Shown: piece after piece, positions 21,338 to 28,300 of the stretch
Layout of the letters: every line of letters starts with the position of its first letter
Position numbering within the stretch: position 1 is the stretch's first letter
Origin: Azolla caroliniana
Lineage: Eukaryota; Plantae; Polypodiophyta
DNA length: 28,300 nucleotides
NCBI GenBank assembly: GCA_043228905.1
Contig: JBHGNT010000399.1
Span: 1 to 28,300 of the forward strand
Reading direction: 5' to 3'
The notes under the pieces: model-generated
Seen by the model: only the letters and a program-made list of their open reading frames with translations
Database searches by the model: none
Told to the model about the DNA's origin: nothing
Made by a program: the position numbers and the translations under genes

Positions 21338-23209
21338 CATATTTTCCTTTCAATCACCTTTAGTCGATCTCAAACCATTGACCCTTTCATTAGCAATGGG
21401 TAGCTTTTGTTGTCTTCTTAATAGTCATTCTTTTTCCTTTTTAATTTTAGTGAGCACTTTGATTACAAATCCCACGCTTGTCTAAAACCTACCTTTACTA
21501 TGTTTTGCTCACTTTCCATATGTCATATCACTATAACAATGAGGCATTACATAATTTCCTTAACATAAGTAATAATATGCCCTTCATCAAAGCTTGTGAT
21601 GAAACCATGAACATTGAGGGCAACTTTTATGATTTTCAAACCCCTCGCACAACACCCACTAATTCAAGAGGCAACACTACATAGTCTTCAAGACAATCTT
21701 ATTGAAAGATAGAAACGTTGATGACCAAACCTATCCATGAGAACATTTGTTGCCCGATCTGGCAGAGCCACCAACCCAAGCAAGATCATGCCTGAAAACA
21801 CACACACAATATTGTAAGTGTTGTAATATTTTCATCTTCCATCACCCAAACAACTATTGTAAAGCCCTATGGGTCACTTTGACCCACTTCCATTTCGAGA
21901 CCGCCCATATAAAACCCTATAGGGTTGCTCATGAAGACCTCTATGTTTGGCTATCCTACCACCACAACCTCTCAACATCAACAAAAGGAAGTTATTTGAC
22001 TATGCATTGGTGAATGAATGTGATGCACCCATAGTGAATACAATAAGTATTGGCCCATTGTCATTAGACTCGAACCACAAGCTCTTGTACTTGTATATTT
22101 CACCCAAAAATTCACACATTGACCAATGCATTAGTGTACAAAAGGAAAAGAGGTACATTATGTGAACTTCATATCAAAAGGCGAGTCTATATGCAAATGA
22201 GGTAACTGAGAGTTATGTCATGAACCTCTTCCTTAGTAAAGGTGTGAAAACAAAGTGGGAGCAATTGAAGAATGTCATTCTCAAGGTAGGGTGTCAATAA
22301 TTTAGTGCACAAGTGGGTGGACATTGAATGCTTAGCTTCCCATGCAATGCTTGGTTTGGCGAAAAATGCAAAGCTAATCTCAAAATGTTAAAGGTTGAAA
22401 AAGATAAAAATGACAAAGCTTTATTATTGTATCAAGATTGAAGAATGATGGGGAGAAAGAAGAGACAATACCATCAAATACAAGAAAAGAAGAAAAAACA
22501 AATGTTTAAAATCCAACCAAAGTTAGTATGGAGACAACTCAAATGCAAAAGGAAGATATAACTAGTGAATTCACCGACGAGGAGATGGAACAATATATAT
22601 GTAAGCTTTATATGCATGATGGGATAATGCGTATGAAATTTAGTATTGCAATACCATAGAATGCATTTGTATTTGTTGAAAATGTTAATAGAGGGGTAAA
22701 AAAGATGTCTAATGGCAAAGCGGTGAATATAACTTTAATGACAAGACTTGTAAACTCATCAACAAATAGAAATTATCATGGATCAAACGATCAAGAAATG
22801 TCTTTGAGAAGATTGACTCATGAATCGGATCAAAGTAATCCATAAAGGAGCAGATAAAAATTGGTAACCAACTATCGAACTATCATGGTTGCCTCAGATA
22901 TGGCCAAGTTATATAGCACTACCATGGAACAAAAGATTAGCACATGGGTTGAACATCATCACAAATGAACACTTGCTCAACCTATCTTTAGGCCAAAACA
23001 TTCAATTGTCAATTACTTGGTTGTACACTAAGCATTACCATGGGAAAAAGTCAATTTGAAGGAAAAACACCATGTTGTTTTTGGCAGTAAGACACCAACC
23101 TACTTTAGATACAAAGTAGAACCAATACAAATGGTGCAAATCTTCAAATATCTTGGTGTTAAGGTTCCATGAATAAATAGGTGGAATGTATGCTACATGA
23201 CAACAGTCA

Positions 23210-24370
23210 TGTCATGATTTCAACTCTTGACCTATTGTATTTAATGGATATGTTTTAACCAATACATCCAATACATAACTATATTATCTTACTAGATTAC
23301 TGAGATGATCTATTCTACATGTAAGATTTTAGAAGCTTCTAGAAACCTCCAAAATCTAGAACATTCTAGACACTTGTGCATGAAAATGAGTCTTTGCATG
23401 GGGCTACATTTAGAGCCCATAAACATGTATAAATACAGGGGTTCACCTTGGCCTTAGTCAAGGTGAACAAACTGTCACGGACAAGTAGTCGAGGCCACAG
23501 TCCCCCTCATTTTGCAGCTCGGGACCCAACAAGAGGCCTTATCATTTTACCTCATCACTTCACCGCAACATCCAATCATACTTGGGTTGTCTTGGTTGAA
23601 AGCGAATAAACCTGTTATAGATTGGCACAACCACTCACTTACTTTTCAACTGCAAACTCACATGGAGGTTGGAGCGGCTTCCAATATCGTTGTGTTAGAA
23701 TGGCTCGAATCATTTTCTGTCGAGCACTCCATTCAACTCGGACCAATGCACTCGGATGATCATGCCCCAGTCACAAGGCACTCCATCTAAATGGGCAATG
23801 ACTCAAAGTTGAGTACCCCAGCTTTGGTTCCTATGAAAGCCAATCTGGACTCGCTTCCATCCAAATATGGTGACTTTGCTGATGTGTTCAAGAAGAAGAA
23901 TGCAGATCACTTACCAGAGCATCGACCATATGATTGTCCGATAGATCTACAGGAGGGCATATCTCCACCCTTTGGGCCCATCTATGGTCTCTCTGAACCA
24001 GAACTAGAGGCTCTTCGCACTTATCTCAATGCAAATTTGGAGAAGGGCTTCATCCAACCGTCTAAGTCACTAGTTGGGGCCCCTATCTTGTTTGTGAAGA
24101 AAAAGGATTATCGTGGCCTCAATAAAATCACGATACGTAATCGATAGCCTTTACCTCTCATCCTAGAGCTCCTCAATCGCCTTCGTTGTGCATAGGTCTT
24201 CTCCAAGATTGACTTGCGGGGAGCATACAACTTGGTTCGGATTAAACCTAGTTACGAAATCATAATTCAGTTCTTGTTCTCTTGACTACTTTCTCTCTCA
24301 CTCTCTTTCTTATTATCTTGTCTATGATCTCACTCTCTTAGTATTGAGCCTTGTCTACTTGTCTGTGACA
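23210..24370 (+). mobile_element. Ty3/gypsy remnant nested in the LINE: LTR-like ends around a pol fragment
   Basis: TGTCA...TGACA termini, GCTAC duplicated at 23192-23196 and 24371-24375, TATA at about 23428; LINE homology resumes across it. Confidence 0.85.
23479..24258 (+). pseudogene. Gypsy (chromovirus-like) protease-end to RT-start fragment
   Basis: PIILGLSWL..NKPVIDW, LPEHRPYDCPIDL, PSKS..GAPILFVKKKD, YRGLNKITIRNR*PLP, FSKIDLRGAYNLVRIK. Confidence 0.9.
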
Positions 24371-25224
24371 GCTACGAGTCTAGACTTCAAGCAGGTTGGA
24401 ATAGTTATTATATGTTTGAGAATCAATGCAACCAAAGTGATGCTCGACTCTCGAGGATGGGAAGTGAGATTGACGTTATTCAATGCTATGGTGGTTCAAG
24501 TGTTGCTTTATGGAGTATAAGTGTGGGGTTTTACTATCTCACTTAGTGCTTGGAATGAAATAGAGACAAACCAAAAATTCTTCTTACATTGGAAAATTGG
24601 GGAAATAATCCTCAACGTCCTACCTTGTCAAGCTATTATAAATAAGTGCTTAGCCCAAAGAGGTACTAGTCATTCAAAGAGTATAACAATATATCACAAA
24701 AGTCAAGAGTAAGTTTGATCATAGATTTCCAAAAACAAGTTTGGAACATAGGATGCAAGGTAACAAAATCATATGAGGAAAATCCTCTTATCTAGTTGAG
24801 TGCTTGACATTGTAAAATGATTTAAGAGATGGGGAGTAAAAGATCTATTAGAGCTCCCATGTGAGACTATGAAGTATGTTATCATCAATGATATATTACT
24901 AATGGCACTAAAGATGAAGTGGCAAGGTGCTAAAATTTCAAATTTGGAATAGTATATTGCAATTATTAACCCCAAATGTTGGCCCCAATACAAGGACAAA
25001 TTGCTTGGACATATCCAATCACATCTCTCTATCCCCATGAGCCTTCAAGTTGGCTCTAGGAGAGCCTTACCACTTCCACAAACACACTCAAACAAGTTAG
25101 GTGTTGAGGTAGAGTCATGGCATCATCATCACAGAAATGTGATGATATTCAAGGTATCCAATGAAAACCTAACAATGAAGGATGAATATCACTTGTTTAT
25201 GACATGCTCAAATGTATAAGGTAA

Positions 25225-25342
25225 ATTTTTATTTTTATTTTTATTTTTCCATAAAACATATGCTCCATTGGTATTAATAAAAGGCCCGGAGGCAGTATAC
25301 AAATAGTACATAATATTGTTTCATCTCCACAAATATATATTA
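25225..25342 (-). mobile_element. 118-bp retroposed insert with A-rich tail and 17-bp TSD
   Basis: TCAAATGTATAAGGTAA at 25208-25224 and 25343-25359; (ATTTTT)n at the left end is an A-rich tail on the minus strand. Confidence 0.82.
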
Positions 25343-26003
25343 TCAAATGTATAAGGTAATTCACGACAAATATGACGACTTGTTAGTAAAGCATGACAAT
25401 GTAAGTGTCATGTACTCAAACATCCTCTAGAAGAGTGAGCACATGTGAGTGTGCATTATTTTCACATAGAGAGTTCTTATTACAAAGTAGTTGTAACCTC
25501 CCCTTCTTAGGAATGAGGCACATACAATATGATATGTTGATTTAGTCCCATGGGTCATAATTGCCCTCCTCATGGATGATAAAACATCTATTCTACTTTG
25601 TACTAGGCACAAGCACATATTGTAGCAATACTTCCATTGTCCGTGTGAAAAGTTGAACGTGACCACCGTCAACCTAAACCAAGGAAGATGGCATTGTTGA
25701 TAATGGGTTGCAAGTTTGTGTGTATGTGAGATGGCACATCATCATGCTTCTATCGACTTTTCCTTTTCTATTTATTTTGATACACTTGTTTACATGAGCT
25801 CTATCCATAGGATAATGAGCATGACTTGGCTATTTTCTATTTATGTGTCTATCTAATGTAGAAGGCTATATAGCATCATACCAACCTCAAATAATTTAAA
25901 TGTTTGTAATGGATGTTTGAAGTTGTAGAAGAGCGTAATGTTGGGTGTGGTTGGTGACATCATGGCAATATCATACATGTCAATCTACATGCTCACACCT
26001 ATA

Positions 26004-26238
26004 TGTTAAGTTTGAGGGTTATTGAGTTCAATACAATACACTAACCAATAAGTGACCACCACAAGACACTATCGTGGCCCTTGTTAAGTTTGAGGGTTAT
26101 TGAGTTCAATACAATACACTAACCAATAAGTGACCACCACAAGACACTATCGTGGCCCTTGTTAAGTTTGAGGGTTATTGAGTTCAATACAATACACTAA
26201 CTAATAAGTGACCACCACAAGACACTATCGTGGCCCTT
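26004..26238. repeat. 78-bp tandem repeat, 3 copies
   Basis: GTTAAGTTTGAGGG at 26005, 26083 and 26161; one substitution in copy 3. Confidence 0.96.
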
Positions 26239-28300
26239 TCTATGAAAAGTTGTCTTGTGTCAAAACTGTATAATTTGTGTATCATAGAAATGAAGATAAT
26301 TCTTATGAGGTTCAATCGTAATGGGTTTTCCCATATTGTCAATCACAATTTCAAAATCTAACTCTTTAACACTTTACATTCTACCCACTCAATGAAAAAG
26401 AATATGGATTGACTATTGAACTTTCTTTCGAAGGAACAAATACTTGTGATATTTATACAATTAAATGGAAGTTGACACGTTACACACAAACATGTTTTTT
26501 TCTTGCACCACTTCGTTACCGTTAGAAACTAACTAGTCTTGCCCTTCTTCAAATAAGACTTTCTTGGAGTGTGTCTTGTCAATTATAATAAATTACAGAA
26601 CATTGTGAATGATTGACAGATTATAGTGATAAGACATGGATCCTCTTAAATCTAGGAAACTTTTCCCTGGCTGAATATTCCAAAGGAAATGCTTCTAATG
26701 TTTAGGAGTAGTTCTTGCTTTGTATTTATGTCTAAATTTATGTTTAGGTAAGTGTAATTAATGGAAGAGACTAATTCAAGTGATTTAAACAAAGATTCAT
26801 ATTATTAATCATAACATTAAGTGTGAATGTTAATTCCATATGTATAAATTATAATGGCATTTCTATCATCAACCAATGACATTTTAATTATGAGCACACA
26901 TTATGTACATATGTAAGAACACAATATGGTAAACATGTTAATTATATCTTGCTTTTACTAGGCACTTCTATTTAGTACAACATTTTAAGGATATTGTTTT
27001 TACCATTCTAACTTTTAGATGGTTTCCACATGGCTAAAACCCTTTGAACATTTTATGAGTCATCGAAGCCAAGCACAACATTAGGGGGCATGTGGTAGTT
27101 TTAAACAACCTCAAATAATTCCCATAAATCCGAGGGCATTGCAACACCCAAGTTTATTGTCGTTTTTTATTTTAGAATTGACCATGTGTCTGGAGGTTTT
27201 CATACATGATGAATCTAATCCAGATCATTATAGTGGCCAAAGTACATACCTAAACAAACCAACTCATTTTCTCAATAAAACCATGAGACGATGATAATAT
27301 TTACTAGGATTCTGTAAAAAAACTTATTGAAAAGAGCATTGAATGTACTCTTTTATTAGAAATCAATGTGGTTTCTATCCTAAATTTATAAGTTTATTTG
27401 TCATATTCCATGCATCCTTGGATCTCATTCTTCATATTGATTGCTTTTAAGGTGCGCATGTGGTTTTTTCTTTCCGAAACGCTAAAAAGCATGAATCTAT
27501 AGTATCATTGGTTTTGTCATTCACTAATCATTACAGTATATTCTTAAAGTGTTTTACCTTTATTAGATAAGCGTGTAATGGGTACGCAATCCTATTCAAA
27601 TTTCAACATCATCATTTTTTTAAAATTATAGAAACTCGGTAAAGGGGTTTAAGAGTAAAGAACATAGTGTTAGCTAGGCGAAGTTTCTTGCAACCTTAAG
27701 AACCTTTTAATATCAAGCATGGGGAGATGGAGGTTAGAATCATCATGATTACTACTAAAGAGTTAAAAACTCTTTCGTAGAAGTTGGAGGAGGTTAGAAT
27801 CATCCAGGTTACCATAGGAAAGTCAAGGAATTAAAATGCTTTCTTGAAGTTAGTGGAGGTTAACACAGTTCAAAAGTAAGTCAACATCATCATGTTTAGA
27901 GCATTATGGAAAAGCTAGAGAAGGTTGAGCTAACGATTACCTCTCCCTCTCTATCTACTAATGAATTTATGACAAGAGGTTGTGTTTCTATAGATCTAGA
28001 TTGGATCATTGGGAAAAATATATTGGCACATAGTAGGACCGTGGTCTCTATAGTGATAGTCGTTATACTTGATTAAGTAAGTAGAATTCAAGTTTCCATG
28101 TATTTTGCTTGAAGCATACTAATTGACTTTATAGAAGTATGCCACTTTTGAGGTGTTGGATTGTAGAATCTTCTAATTTCAAATTCTACTTGTCCATCAA
28201 TCTTAAAAGTGTAGTTGGATTTAGTTGATGAGATAAAGGAAACACTCATAATGGTAGTAACCGAATGATGTAAGACCATAGTCTACATAAAGAAATAAGG

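Larger units (their letters stand above)
21480..25596 (+). mobile_element. Old RTEX/L2-like LINE (family A) with endonuclease and RT remnants, carrying two nested insertions
   Basis: APE-like FDYALV...LDSNH (ORF 21947..22165), FPCNAWFGEKCK near 22337, NYRTIMV near 22870, FKYLG near 23143; resumes at 24376; HSNKLGVE...DEYHLFMTC; 3' stem-loop and TCTATTCTA tail. 5' boundary uncertain. Confidence 0.8.

Noticed and set aside
26004-26238. Possible CRISPR-like array
   Set aside because: Units repeat head to tail with no unique spacers, in a eukaryotic context with no cas genes.
26940-27240. Protein-like minus-strand translation (AMPSDLWELFEVV*NYHMPPNVVLGFDDS)
   Set aside because: Multiple stops and no family I recognise; left unassigned.
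27729-27862. GGAGGTTAGAATCATC repeated at 60-bp spacing with a partial third copy
   Set aside because: Too short and degenerate to define a feature.

Overview
AT-rich eukaryotic DNA from a land plant. A moss or other non-seed plant is my inference from the transposon types. Bases 1-6531 carry a 9-exon minus-strand CNOT9/RCD1 (CAF40) gene of the CCR4-NOT complex, with all GT-AG junctions in phase and the stop codon beyond the left edge. The rest is nested, mostly decayed mobile DNA. It includes a full-length degenerate Ty1/copia element (7387-12821, CTACA target-site duplication, tRNA-iMet PBS), four RTEX/L2-like LINE copies, an L1 3' fragment, a LINE ORF1 remnant, a Ty3/gypsy remnant nested in a LINE, a solo-LTR-like element with long inverted ends, and several recent tandem duplications. 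The most notable observations are: (1) a hammerhead ribozyme core (14641-14696) inside an LTR-like, possibly self-complementary element, suggestive of a retrozyme; (2) six plant telomere repeats present in only one LTR of the copia element; (3) an out-of-frame upstream ATG at CNOT9 whose peptide resembles the angiosperm NOT9 N-terminus. All coordinates were read by eye and no searches or folding programs were run.
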